Assembly (NCBI GenBank): GCA_963789265.1
Contig: CAWBKB010000004.1
Location: 32,001 to 96,000 of the forward strand
Source: an uncultured delta proteobacterium
Lineage (GTDB): Bacteria > Desulfobacterota > Desulfomonilia > Desulfomonilales > Desulfomonilaceae
Length of the DNA: 64,000 bases
Direction: 5' to 3'
Positions within the stretch are counted from its first letter, which is position 1, and each line of letters begins with the position of its first letter. Shown in pieces: positions 1-10,285 of this stretch. Below the pieces are notes generated by a model, which was not told where the DNA came from, did no database searches, and saw nothing but the letters and a program-made list of their open reading frames with translations. The position numbers and the translations under genes are program-made.

Positions 1-1
1 C

Positions 2-2854
2 GTGTGCCCGAAACAAAGCAGACATATTCTCTGGGTGTGTACACAGTACTGGTTGAGCCCCGTGGCGGAATCTATGTCGCTGGTCAAGCCTTGGGAAAGG
101 CTGTTCTTGCTGAGAGAATTGAACTGGCGTCTGGAAAGATGCCTCGTTCCGCTCGGCGCACTGGCAGAAAAAGTCAAGCAGATCGTCATTTCGTTCAATC
201 CATTTGCGGGTCGCCTGGACTTACCGGACGCTGAGTATCATAGCGATGACATCGAATGGCAACATCTGGATTGGGAAGAGATACGTGTTTCCTGGGTGGA
301 ACTTGTCTTTGCTCTCGCCAGGAAGGCAAGAGAGAAGCTTGATCAGCCAACGTTTCTGCAGTGGCTGGGCCTTCTGGAAAAGGTGGTGCCGCTGAAAAAA
401 GACTGGCTGGCACGGCATTGGTACGAAGAGTGCCTATTCTCGCTCTTCTCACTGGACCCGAAGACCTTACGAGAAAAACTGGACAACTGCCCTGTGGGAA
501 TGGATTTCCCGCTCGTACAGGCTAAACGAGCATCAATGATGGCTGAGGTGGGCCGTTTCCGGGAAGCGAGAAAGCTGGCCCAGGAAGCTCTTGATGTGAT
601 CCGTTATGGGCTCAGCACTGAGGACGGTGATTACTGTTCCCTCTCCCAGGAGGGTTGGTTGATGTTATCGATTCATTTGCTTGACCGCGCCGATTTAGGT
701 TTGCCTAAACATAACATGCCACAGCAGCGCGATCGGTGGGAAAAGCTCAGTACCCTCAAATGCAATCCGTCAGAAGACTTGGACCGCACATCCTCACAAT
801 TGAGGAAGGGTCCACCGCTTGCACCCCCCGCTTGGGAAGAGAAGGTGGAATTTGACCCCGGCCACAGAATGAAGGTAGCGCATTTCGATCCCGAATCTGA
901 GTTTGAAAAATGCTTGCCCGCTTTTCAATTCCTTAGGCTACTTGAAGATGGTGGATGTCCAGTCAAATTGGGAGGAAACTCTGATTTGTGGAATTCGGCT
1001 ACGATCAATGCAGCCAAATGGATTGGCTCATGCGAGCCTTTTTTGGCCATAGGCTACATGATCCGAGATAATAATCACGAAGAGATAAAGGCCTGGTTCA
1101 ACAGAGTGCGAGTGGCGATTATGGACCAGGAGATGGTTGAAAAGCTGTACAAGCTAGTGAGCGATTCCCTGAAGCAGGTAATTCAGTCCCTGAATCGCCG
1201 TCCAGATGAGTCTTCTGTCATCGGAGGGGATCTGGAGTCAAGGTTAGTGGGAATTCTGCCAGAAATACTCTCCCGCCTTTGCTTCCGTCTTTCCGGGGCC
1301 GGTAGGGCTCAGCTATTCGATTTGGTGACAGAGATGTACCAACTGCGTTTGTTCACCAATAATTGGCATTTGCATGAAGAGGTGGGGTCGCTGCTTGAGA
1401 GAATACTATTTGCAATGGACCGAGAAGAAATACTACAAGGAATGCCCACACTACTCTCACTGCCCATGCCTGAGGAAACGCGATTTCTAGTGAGCATGCC
1501 CGGTTTCTGGGTAGAGCCTTTCGCGTGTGCTCGATTAGAATCACTAGGAAGGATCGACCACGGCTTCGATCTATCGTCCTGGCAAGAACCGATTCGCAAT
1601 CTTCTCAGGATTGCGGAGGAAGGAACCGCTGAGGCCAGAACTAGAGCGCTTCTAAGGCTGGAAAGGCTGGAGAGAATGGGTGCCTTAGATGCTGATCAAC
1701 ATCAGACGTTCGCCACGGTACTATGGTCGAATACTGATCTCCAAACGCAGCTCCCATCAAACACTTCATTTCCTACGATGTGGGGATTTCTCTTTTTGCC
1801 AGAACTCGAATCAGGCAGGGCCAAGGAACTATTCCGGCGACACATCTTGGGTACGGAGTTCCCTCGCGTCATTAATAAAAAACCGATGGAAGAGGTCTTG
1901 GAAAATCCGCGAGAAGCCGAGACCAGCCCGAAGAGAAACAGAGCAATCCGCGAAATACTTTGGTCGACACTTCGTGTAGATCGTCTCGATCACGAAAATT
2001 CTTCGAGATTTGTTGACTGGACTATGGAAGAAGTCATCCAAATCTTAAGCCGTTCGGCTGAATGGTGGGATCAGAATAAATCTGACTTAAAGGATCCAGA
2101 GATAATCAAATCACCGTTCGCTGGTGACTCGTTGCGGGAAGAACTATTCGAATTGGTCCCATTGTTTGCCGACGTAATCTTGCCAAAATTGGTCGAAGCT
2201 CAAGCTTCTGATAAGGTGCTGGCCTTGAGAATTATTCAGGAAATGGAAAATGAAGGTTTTTGTACTGCTTTGTGCTCTCCCGCCATGCTGTTTGTTGATC
2301 CCGCTCAGCACGATCCTGTTGCCAGGAGGCTCAGAATAGGACTCAACTCTGTCGACACAGACGAGGTCATGAACTGTATTGAGGGGTTAATCCGCTGGTT
2401 TCTTTATGGTCAGAAGGGTGCGCTTCCAATGCCCCCGGACGATTTGTTTCGAGAACTCGTCATCATGGTGGCTACAAGGAGACAGCCAGGACTGGAACTT
2501 GCGATGCAGAAACTATCTTTCATTTTAGAACGAGCGCCCGACCAGCTCAGTGAAGACATGGTTCGTTCACTCTGTGTTGGGCTGGAGTATCTCAAGAAGG
2601 AAACAGAACTGCCAGTGGACCTGGACAAAGATCTTGCCAGCGGTTCTCGTCCAGCCATACCAATAGAGAAAAGGCCTGACTGTCGCAAGGATGCGGCGGA
2701 CTTGGCACACGCCCTGCACGATTATTTTCTTATCAAAGGCTTGGAGATACCTTCGATAATCGCTGAATGGAGGGAGGTTTGTCGGTCAGATCGACTCCCA
2801 GAAGTTCGACGAGCCTGGTCGGAAAGCAGCACTTTTACAAAACCGGAGACGTGA
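2..2854 (+). CDS. C-terminal ~950 aa of a large helical protein resembling long SIR2-family (Dsr1-like) anti-phage proteins; 5' end outside the window
   Basis: Open from the window edge. Motifs LSQEGWLM, KCNP, FDPG, AFQFLRLLEDGG and terminal SDRLPEVRRAW recall the C-terminal region of long SIR2_2 proteins. The SIR2 domain itself is not visible. Confidence 0.5.
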   Translation: MCPKQSRHILWVCTQYWLSPVAESMSLVKPWERLFLLRELNWRLERCLVPLGALAEKVKQIVISFNPFAGRLDLPDAEYHSDDIEWQHLDWEEIRVSWVELVFALARKAREKLDQPTFLQWLGLLEKVVPLKKDWLARHWYEECLFSLFSLDPKTLREKLDNCPVGMDFPLVQAKRASMMAEVGRFREARKLAQEALDVIRYGLSTEDGDYCSLSQEGWLMLSIHLLDRADLGLPKHNMPQQRDRWEKLSTLKCNPSEDLDRTSSQLRKGPPLAPPAWEEKVEFDPGHRMKVAHFDPESEFEKCLPAFQFLRLLEDGGCPVKLGGNSDLWNSATINAAKWIGSCEPFLAIGYMIRDNNHEEIKAWFNRVRVAIMDQEMVEKLYKLVSDSLKQVIQSLNRRPDESSVIGGDLESRLVGILPEILSRLCFRLSGAGRAQLFDLVTEMYQLRLFTNNWHLHEEVGSLLERILFAMDREEILQGMPTLLSLPMPEETRFLVSMPGFWVEPFACARLESLGRIDHGFDLSSWQEPIRNLLRIAEEGTAEARTRALLRLERLERMGALDADQHQTFATVLWSNTDLQTQLPSNTSFPTMWGFLFLPELESGRAKELFRRHILGTEFPRVINKKPMEEVLENPREAETSPKRNRAIREILWSTLRVDRLDHENSSRFVDWTMEEVIQILSRSAEWWDQNKSDLKDPEIIKSPFAGDSLREELFELVPLFADVILPKLVEAQASDKVLALRIIQEMENEGFCTALCSPAMLFVDPAQHDPVARRLRIGLNSVDTDEVMNCIEGLIRWFLYGQKGALPMPPDDLFRELVIMVATRRQPGLELAMQKLSFILERAPDQLSEDMVRSLCVGLEYLKKETELPVDLDKDLASGSRPAIPIEKRPDCRKDAADLAHALHDYFLIKGLEIPSIIAEWREVCRSDRLPEVRRAWSESSTFTKPET

Positions 2855-2943
2855 TTCATTTCAGTGGATTCACACGGCAGTGCTCTGGGGCGGTGATGTT
2901 GTGAGCGGAGATGTGGAACGGATGGCTGTGCCGAATTCTGTAA

Positions 2944-3143
2944 TTCTGGGGACACCATACTTAATTCTTTAGGTTTGCGGCCTAGGGTCAGGCTTTCATT
3001 TTCGGTGTATCACACCGGACGCTCTCCCTAATGTTCGGCCAGCGTCGCATTCCCTCAAGGGTCACCAGCGGACCGCTCGTGGCATCGGCGCATGCGCCCA
3101 TCCTCCGGAGGCAGGCAATGAATTAAGTGTGGTGTCCCCGGAA
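2944..3143. repeat. 200-bp non-autonomous element bounded by 24-bp inverted repeats (REPIN/MITE-like)
   Basis: ttctggggacaccatacttaattc (2944-2967) and gaattaagtgtggtgtccccggaa (3120-3143) are reverse complements with 2 mismatches. Confidence 0.75.
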
Positions 3144-3217
3144 CCGGAACTTGCATTCGCAAGTTCGGACTGACAGAATGCCATCCTCTATAACTGCTTT
3201 GGTCAGGAAAAGACTCC

Positions 3218-4657
3218 TCAAGCGCAAACACTGGGGCGGCGGGCCGCCCAAGGACGAGCTTGCTCGAGCTGGGCCGCGAGGCGGAATAGAGTTGCTTCAT
3301 CGCCGAACCGGCCTACAAAGTGTGAGCCTATGGGAATCCCGTCCTTGTTCCAGAAAAGCGGCACGGACATCGCCGGTTGACCGGTAGCGTTGAACAACGC
3401 GGTGTACGGAGCGAAAGCAACTACCCGTTCCCATGCCTTCATGGGGTTATCCTTCGGAGCGTCAAATGTGCCAAGGGGCACGGGCGGCTCAGCCAGGACG
3501 GGAGTGAGCAAGATGTCATAGTCTGTGAAAAACTTTGCTATTTCTCGGGTAAACCTTTGCAGTGTCGTCACAGCGAGAAGGTACCGGGATGCACTTATCT
3601 CACGGCCTTTTTGGTAAAGGGCAAAGGTAAGAGGTTCGAACATTTGCTCAGTCGGAGTGATGTTTCCTATGGTGGCGATGGTATCAATGGTGGCCGCGAG
3701 TCCTCCCGTCCACACGGCCACGAAAGCGCCGGTTCCCACTTCAGGATCACGATTTATTGATGGGGCCGATTCCTCTACCACGTGCCCCAGGCTCTCACAA
3801 AGGGCCGCCGCTTCCTTGAGCGCAGTCACACAGTCTTCATGGGCCTGGTGGACGAAGGGGAAATCGGCAGAAACGGCAATCCTGAGCCGACCCGGGTCTG
3901 TGCGGACTTCTTCAAGAAACGGGCGCTGTGGAGGCGGGGCCCAGTATGGATCGCCTATATCCGGGCCGGCAGTAGCGTCCAGAAGAGCGGCGCTGTCTCT
4001 TACCGAGCGGCTGACGGCGTGCTCGCAGATGAGGCCGGAAAACAAGTCCCCAAAATCCGGACCCAATGGATTGCGGGCTCGCGTGGGCTTAAGTCCGAAA
4101 ACCCCGCAGCAGGAAGCCGGGATCCGGATCGATCCGCCACCGTCACTGGCATGGGCCATCGGAACCATTCCCGATGCCACAGCCGCCGCGGAACCGCCCG
4201 ACGACCCGCCGGTGGTCCTCTCCGTGTCCCACGGATTCCTGGTTTTGCCGAAAACAACCGGCTCGGTGGTGGGGACAAGGCCGAATTCTGGCGTGTTGGT
4301 CTTTCCAAGTGTAATTAATCCCGCTTTTTTGATCCTCAGAATCAGTTCACTGTCGTGGTCCGGTACGTAACCGCTCAACAGGAGAGTTCCCATGGCCATC
4401 CTTACGCCGCCGTAGGAGGCTAACAAGTCCTTCATCAAAAATGGAACCCCGGCAAACCGCCCTTCCGGGATCGGACCGGAAGCCTTTTTCCGCGCCAGGT
4501 CGTACATGGGTGTGATCACAGCGTTGAGGCGTGGATTCAGCCGCTCGATTCTTTCAATGGCCGCTTCCACCAGCTCGATTGGGGTGATCTCCTTGTTTCT
4601 GACCAATTCAGCCTGCGCTGTGGCGTCTAGTGAAGCTATCTCATCTACGTTGGCCAT
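3218..4657 (-). CDS. Amidase signature family protein
   Basis: [29 protein letters not shown] and [12 protein letters not shown] amidase signature; RBS aggagc upstream. Confidence 0.95.
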   Translation of the reverse strand: MANVDEIASLDATAQAELVRNKEITPIELVEAAIERIERLNPRLNAVITPMYDLARKKASGPIPEGRFAGVPFLMKDLLASYGGVRMAMGTLLLSGYVPDHDSELILRIKKAGLITLGKTNTPEFGLVPTTEPVVFGKTRNPWDTERTTGGSSGGSAAAVASGMVPMAHASDGGGSIRIPASCCGVFGLKPTRARNPLGPDFGDLFSGLICEHAVSRSVRDSAALLDATAGPDIGDPYWAPPPQRPFLEEVRTDPGRLRIAVSADFPFVHQAHEDCVTALKEAAALCESLGHVVEESAPSINRDPEVGTGAFVAVWTGGLAATIDTIATIGNITPTEQMFEPLTFALYQKGREISASRYLLAVTTLQRFTREIAKFFTDYDILLTPVLAEPPVPLGTFDAPKDNPMKAWERVVAFAPYTALFNATGQPAMSVPLFWNKDGIPIGSHFVGRFGDEATLFRLAAQLEQARPWAARRPSVCA

Positions 4658-4920
4658 GGTTTAGCTCCTTCCTGTTGGTCGAGTCTCGGTCCTTGTTATT
4701 CGGAACCATTTTCGAAGTATAGTGACTTCAGTGATCTTCAAGGTAACTGCTGTCCGAGCAAGGATCAACTGCGCTCCGGGCTTGGTCTGAAAGAGATTTA
4801 CAGCTTGTGGAAACTTTCATGCTTTCGCTAACCTCAAGTATTTCCTGATGTGCTTTGCGACCGATTAGCCCTTGTTTCTTTAAAACATGGTGGAGCAGGT
4901 ATGTCAAACATGACTGCCCG

Positions 4921-5928
4921 CTAAAGCATCTTGAACAGATCGGTATGCTCTCTCTTTCCTCTGACCTGGACCGTGCGTACATGCTCAACGCAGAATCTTT
5001 CAGGAAGGTGTCCCCGTGTTTCCCCACTTATAAGAATGTCGCAGCCCAAAACCTTAGTCATATCCTGTATCCGTGAAGCAAGGTTCACAGTATCCCCGAC
5101 CATGAGGTACGAAAGACGCTTTGAACTGCCGACACTTGCCGCAACAACTTCACCGCTATGAATTCCAATTCCATGCTGGAAAGGATGATCTCCCTTGGAT
5201 TCCCACTTGCGATTCAAATCAAAGAGGCGCTTGTTCATCTCCATTGCTGCTTCTACCGCTTTAGTTGGATGATCGTCCAAATCTATCGGAGCTCCGAATA
5301 CTGCTTCAATTTCGTCCCCAATAAACTGAAGTACCAGACCCTTACATTTTTCTATTTCCTTAACCATTTCCGCGTAATACTGATTCAATTTTTCAACCAC
5401 TTGTTGAGGAGACGACCTCTCAACGAATGAAGTAAAATCACGTAGATGGCAAAAGAGAATAGTAACATTTCGTGTCTCGGCTTCGGGCCGTGCCTCAGAA
5501 GCCAATATCACGTCTCTGATCTCATTTGATATATATCTCCCAAATATTTCTCGAATGCGCTCTCTGTCCCGCAAACCTTCGATCATTTTATCGGTGCGGG
5601 CGGCGATTTCCTGCTCCAATTGTTTATTCAGTTCCAAAAGTTCGGAAGCCCCTTGGCCTTGAATCTGATCTTCTCGAATCCAGTCTTCCTGCTCTCGATT
5701 CATTTTCGCTGGCGGTTGTGAAAACTTGCCGAGGAGCGGTTTTTGGACCCCTTGGGCGCAAAATCTTCCCGACGACCTCATTTCCGGTGCGGGCGGGCCG
5801 TCGCAAGGTGCCACGGATTCATCCGAGAGTTTCTCCAAGCGCTGCTGAAGAGCCTTTACCGAGGCTATTCTCCTTTCCTTGTCCTCTGCCGTGGACTCCT
5901 GGATGATATGGTCCAGGCCTTTCAAGAA
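4921..5928 (-). pseudogene. 3' half (end of kinase domain, linker, class III adenylate/guanylate cyclase) of an IS-disrupted kinase-cyclase fusion gene
   Basis: FIGDEI, GIGIHSG, GDTVNLASRI and VRGK cyclase motifs. Begins at the TSD of the IS and joins in frame with the kinase at 9519-10285. Confidence 0.9.
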
Positions 5929-5941
5929 GGCGATATTATAC

Positions 5942-5971
5942 TTGACAGACCTACGAAAGGGGGACTATGAT
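5942..5971 (+). promoter_or_regulatory. Inward-facing sigma70-like promoter whose -35 lies in the TIR; would drive the ATPase cargo operon
   Basis: TTGACA (5942-5947), 18 nt, TATGAT (5966-5971). Confidence 0.6.
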
Positions 5972-6041
5972 GAATTTACCTTTTAGCTTGCTAAAAGACA
6001 AGGACTGGCGCGAGAATGAGGAATCCAGTAGAGGCTATCGC

Positions 6042-7103
6042 ATGATTACAACTTTCGACATTGAAAATTTCCGTTGTTTCGAGCACCTTCACTTAGAGAA
6101 CCTGCGCACTATTAACATTATTGTGGGCGACAATGGTTCTGGTAAGACAGCGTTATTGGAGGCATTGTTACTATCAGCGTACGCTCATCCGGGTGCATTT
6201 TCATTTATTCGCTTAGCTAGGAAGTTATCTCTTCCTCGGGAACAGGTTAATTGGGATCGAAATATTTTTATGTCCATGTGGGAAGATGTCTTTTTTAATT
6301 TCCAGGATTCAAAACTTATCAAGGCTAAATTTACCGATTCACTATATGGCAAATTAGAAATAGAAGTTCAATACGTGTGGCCAGAATCGGCAGCGGCCTT
6401 TTTGGGGGGACCTATCCCTCATTTAATGGTTACACGTTTTGAGTCTGAAGAAAGAAAGAGAAGCAAGAAGGCAGCAATGATAGCCTTACTGAAAATTAAC
6501 GAACAAGGCCGGCCTGTTGTTGAAGGACCAACAATAAGAATACCGCCCGTCTATATTCTTCCGTCTACTAATCAGTTTCTTCCAGAGGAAATGGTTATCC
6601 AATATGGTGAACTAAGTAAACGCAATATGGAAGTGTATGTTACTGAGATTCTACGAAAAGATTTCCCAAAATTATCTAACATTCAAATTCTTCCAGATGG
6701 TAGCGGCTCAGGATTATTTGTTAAAATGGAATCTATTCCGAAGAAAAAAATACCACTGGCCTCGGTTTCAGCCGGAGCTGCGCGGTATTTAAATATGTTG
6801 ATGTCAGTTCTTTTGATGGAAAAAGGCATTGTGCTAGTAGATGAGATTGAAAATGGTATTTATTGGAAAAAAATGCCAAACATTTGGAAGAGACTAAGAG
6901 AGTTATGTGTCGAACGAGGCGTTCAGCTTTTCGCGACCACGCACAGCGATGAATGTCTTCAATCACTTATTGAGGGCATGCAAGAACACGAAGTAGATTT
7001 TTCCTTAATTCGTACGACTATTACTGACGGAAAAGGAACTGTTGAACAGTTTGCCGGTAGACCATTCCTAGCTGCTCTAGAGGGACATGGTGAAGTTCGG
7101 TGA
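6042..7103 (+). CDS. ABC/AAA ATPase (AAA_15/AAA_21, AbiEii/AriA-like), IS cargo
   Basis: IENFRCF N-terminus, Walker A GDNGSGKT, signature-like SVSAG, Walker B VLVDEIENG, H-loop ATTHS; gagg RBS before ATG 6042. Confidence 0.9.
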   Translation: MITTFDIENFRCFEHLHLENLRTINIIVGDNGSGKTALLEALLLSAYAHPGAFSFIRLARKLSLPREQVNWDRNIFMSMWEDVFFNFQDSKLIKAKFTDSLYGKLEIEVQYVWPESAAAFLGGPIPHLMVTRFESEERKRSKKAAMIALLKINEQGRPVVEGPTIRIPPVYILPSTNQFLPEEMVIQYGELSKRNMEVYVTEILRKDFPKLSNIQILPDGSGSGLFVKMESIPKKKIPLASVSAGAARYLNMLMSVLLMEKGIVLVDEIENGIYWKKMPNIWKRLRELCVERGVQLFATTHSDECLQSLIEGMQEHEVDFSLIRTTITDGKGTVEQFAGRPFLAALEGHGEVR

Positions 7104-7831
7104 AGGAAGACTGCAAAAGCTGCAAATATCGCATGGAGCAAAGTAAGTCATGGGTATTAGAAGAAGAAAGAGTTATCATTTGTGAAGGGCTACACGATCA
7201 AAAGTTTCTTGAAAAATTGATTGACGAACGGGACCTACCTAGATTTCAAGTCAAAGATGCAGCTAGTTGGAACAGGGTCGAGGTTGGAGGTGTGCAAGGG
7301 TTTGGTTTAGCACTTGAAAAATTAATAGCGGTGACAGGCTTCAAAAATCTAAAAGGCATTGCCATTGTTACGGATAATGATGACAAGAACGCCCTTAATA
7401 ATGTCAAGAAAGCACTCAACAAGCACTTCAAGAAGTTGAAAGACTACGAGTATAAGCCTACAAAATCAGAGGATCTTGTGAGTATTCAGGGCAAGCCGGT
7501 GTTAATTGTACTTGTGCCCGACAGTAACCATTATGGTAACCTAGAATCTCTTTGTCTTCCGGCATTCTATGACCATTGGTCTACGGCAGAAAAATGCGCG
7601 AACCAATTCTTGAAGTGTACTGGCGCTGTCTCTAACTGGACTAATGGGGGGCAGCTTAACAAAGCCAGAGTTAGAGCTATCTTGTCGGGCTACTATAAAA
7701 GTGAACCGTATATAGGGCTAGGTGAAATATTCAAAAAGACTGACGAAATATCAACGTGCCATCAATGTTTTGAGCAATTAGCGAGTGCTTTGAGTCGTTT
7801 TGATAAGACAATTGAACAGAAGGGACCATAA
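7100..7831 (+). CDS. TOPRIM-like protein (DUF3226/DUF4435-like), partner of the ATPase
   Basis: IICEGLHD and IVTDND TOPRIM-type motifs, GNLESLCL; GTGA overlap with the ATPase stop. Confidence 0.75.
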   Translation: MKEDCKSCKYRMEQSKSWVLEEERVIICEGLHDQKFLEKLIDERDLPRFQVKDAASWNRVEVGGVQGFGLALEKLIAVTGFKNLKGIAIVTDNDDKNALNNVKKALNKHFKKLKDYEYKPTKSEDLVSIQGKPVLIVLVPDSNHYGNLESLCLPAFYDHWSTAEKCANQFLKCTGAVSNWTNGGQLNKARVRAILSGYYKSEPYIGLGEIFKKTDEISTCHQCFEQLASALSRFDKTIEQKGP

Positions 7832-8029
7832 TTACTGTGTTTCTAATTTTGTGATTGATTCCACCGGAGGTTTTTTAGGCGACAATATCCGCTTTATAGC
7901 CTCGTCAAATTTTTCTTCGGCGTCATCGTCCAGAAGTCGCTCAGCAGTGTCTATGAACCGAGCAGACTGCTCAGGGTCGTCGTATTCTAACCTTTTCTCT
8001 ATTTCTGTTTTATCCTGTTCCTTGACCAT
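7832..8029 (-). CDS. Small IS1595-associated helical protein (65 aa)
   Basis: DDPEQSARFIDTAERLLDDDAEEKFDEAIKRIL is homologous to the 54-aa ORF at 13261-13425. Confidence 0.8.
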   Translation of the reverse strand: MVKEQDKTEIEKRLEYDDPEQSARFIDTAERLLDDDAEEKFDEAIKRILSPKKPPVESITKLETQ

Positions 8030-8035
8030 TTGGTA

Positions 8036-8398
8036 TTATTCCTGTTTTTTGACGGGAAAGATCAACTTAACTTCTCCCCCTCTTATCCTTTCTGAATCAG
8101 CATCAGAATCATATATCACGAGGGGATCTTTTTGAGCGAATCTTACACGGTAAGTCGGCCCGTCTGGTGTCGGCTTAAAATCATAAACAAATGATGATTC
8201 CACCATCTTTTTGAGTTCACGCCAATCAGAGAAGGTTATCTGTCCAAATTGATAAGTCCGATATTCCTCTTGGGGAACAAGGCGCACGCTCACTACACCT
8301 CCAAAGGTTGGAGTATCACTCCCTATTGTTCGCACATCTTCATTCTTAGGAAGCCATTTCAAGCTTTGATTAAAATAGATTGATCCGAGCCGTACCAT
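8036..8398 (-). CDS. Hypothetical protein (120 aa), possibly phage distal-tail/baseplate-like; IS cargo
   Basis: Good RBS (aaggag) and its own TTGACA-17-TATAGG promoter upstream. The tail-protein resemblance is by pattern only. Confidence 0.7.
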   Translation of the reverse strand: MVRLGSIYFNQSLKWLPKNEDVRTIGSDTPTFGGVVSVRLVPQEEYRTYQFGQITFSDWRELKKMVESSFVYDFKPTPDGPTYRVRFAQKDPLVIYDSDADSERIRGGEVKLIFPVKKQE

Positions 8399-8494
8399 TT
8401 TTTGCTCCTTACTAATTTTGATACGCCCTATACTCAGGAAAGATTATCATGTCAAGTAAATGTTATGACATAATTTTTTTCTTATTTTTCTTTC

Positions 8495-9455
8495 TTATGC
8501 TTGCCCACTAGTCGTTTGATAGGCGAGACGCCTTCCGACTACGCCTCTGAGCAGCATTTCGGCTCTTTCAGCGTCATTGAAGCCCTCACGAGCAGGTCTC
8601 TTCCCGCTCTCGGGTCTGCCGCAACGGTAATTATATCTGAAATCAAACTCAGCAAGGTAGCGATGCAGATGCTCTTTCTTACAATGCTGATAGATGCCCT
8701 TCATTCCACGCTTGAAGATTGAAAAGAAGCCTTCGGCAGAGTTGATATGGACGGTGCGATCTTCTTTTGAGACATATTCACCGGCGCCGTGCCGCACCAT
8801 TCCGTGTTTCTGCGAAGTTTTCGTCTATGTGGCAATACTGGCCGGCGTCATCAGTCATAACCCTAGCTTCTCGGTCGATGTTTTCCTGGAGGATAGGAAC
8901 GATAGTTTTTGCATCAACGCTGTCCACAACCATACTGCGTGACCGACCGGATTCGCGATCAATAAGAGACAGGATTTTGCGTTTGTGCGCGTACCCCTTT
9001 CTCACCTCTTTGCCCGGCTCGTTCCACAGGAAAGTCTCGTCTGACTCTACAGCGCCGCCGTTTGCACCAAACGGAGCAAGATCACCGCTTCTCATAGCCT
9101 CGCGGATGCGATGCCCCAGGAACCACGCGCTCTTAATAGTGATACCCAACATTCTATGAAGTTGATTACAGCTTATGCCCTTCTTGGATGCGCTGATTAA
9201 GGTTATAGCCTGGAGCCACTTACGAAGCGGGATATGAGAATCTTCAAAGATAGTTCCGATCTTGACAGTGAAAGCCCGTTGACATACATAGCACTTGTAA
9301 GTGCCAATTCTGCTGGTCTTTCCGCCGAGTTTGTTAACGCGCTCGGTAGAACCGCAGTGAGGGCAAACAGGCCCCCCCGGCCAGAGAATGGCTTCAACGT
9401 ATTCATAAGCAGTTTCTTCACTGTGGAAGCGCATTTCTGAGAGTATTGCTATCAT
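8495..9455 (-). pseudogene. IS1595-family transposase with a +1 frameshift near 8807-8809
   Basis: Zn ribbon CPHCG...YKCYVC, SKKGIS, DET, MTDD, NSAEGFF and HLHRYLAEFDFRYN. One extra A relative to the intact paralogue at 12287. May be a sequencing error. Confidence 0.92.
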
Positions 9456-9476
9456 GATTATCTCCTTTATGAAGAT

Positions 9477-9505
9477 AGTATATTCCTTTAGGCCAAGTCT
9501 GTCAA
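9477..9505 (-). promoter_or_regulatory. Transposase promoter with -35 in the right TIR
   Basis: Minus strand TTGACA-gacttggcctaaaggaa(17)-TATACT, then aaggag RBS and ATG at 9455. Confidence 0.75.
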
Positions 9506-9518
9506 GTATAATATCGCC

Positions 9519-10285
9519 TTCAAGAAGGGGGTGGTAGCATTGGTTAAGCTGACCGCCTTTAGCGGAACAGCCGTTTTCCTTTCTGCCATTCTTCCGCATA
9601 CGGCCTCGTATAGGATTTTGCCCAACGAATAAACATCTCCTCGTTCATCGGTCCCTCCCAGATCCAAGAACTGTTCCGGAGCCATGTATAAAATGGTCCC
9701 CTCAACGTGATGGCTCCGAGTCAGTTGCTGCCACTGGACTCCTCCGGCCATTCCGAAATCGGTTATTTTCGGATTGGGTCCATCCATAAGCACATTCTCG
9801 GGCTTGATGCCACGATGAACGATTCCTCGCTCATGAATAGTTTCTATTCCGTCCAGGATTGGTAGAAAATAGTTATGAATCCAGTCTTGGATATCTTGCT
9901 CATTCTCTCCAAACCCTTTTGGGGGCATCGTGGAACGTAGTGTGGAACCTGGTACATATTCCAGCACCACGTAAGGGACAACTAATTCAGTATCTTTTCT
10001 TGCTACCGTGGTTGAGTCTTTGTCGTGGACCTGGACCACATTCGGATGTCGTACCTGAGCCATTGCCCTAGCTTCCCTATGGAATCGGCGGATTGTCGTA
10101 TGGATTTCCTCCCAATCTTCGTCGAATTCCATTAGATAATCAGCGGAAATTGTCTTCACGACCACTTGCCGGTCCAGATTGATCTGTCGGGCAAGGTACA
10201 GCTCGCTTTTGCCTCCAGTGGCGATGGGTTTCAAAATTTCCCACTTGGAGTCCAGGATCATCCCATTTTCCAGCAAACTTGACAT
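9519..10285 (-). pseudogene. 5' half (Hanks-type Ser/Thr kinase) of the IS-disrupted kinase-cyclase gene
   Basis: VVVK, RFHREARAMA, HRGIKPEN, DFG, GTILYMAPEQ and DVYSLG motifs; ggagg RBS. Confidence 0.92.

Larger units (their letters stand above)
5929..9518 (-). mobile_element. IS1595-family cargo-carrying transposon, element 1 (3590 bp)
   Basis: Perfect 22-bp TIRs ggcgatattatacttgacagac (5929-5950, 9497-9518); 8-bp TSD ttcaagaa (5921-5928, 9519-9526); IS1595 transposase inside. Confidence 0.97.

Noticed and set aside
3657..4370. Long antisense/alternative-frame ORFs (also 45333-46097, 48233-48898, 49662-50462, 61750-62418)
   Set aside because: Shadows of well-supported genes on the opposite strand in GC-rich DNA; no motifs.
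8778..8810. Programmed frameshift in the IS1595 transposase
   Set aside because: No slippery heptamer, the sibling transposase is uninterrupted, and similar indels occur throughout the window.
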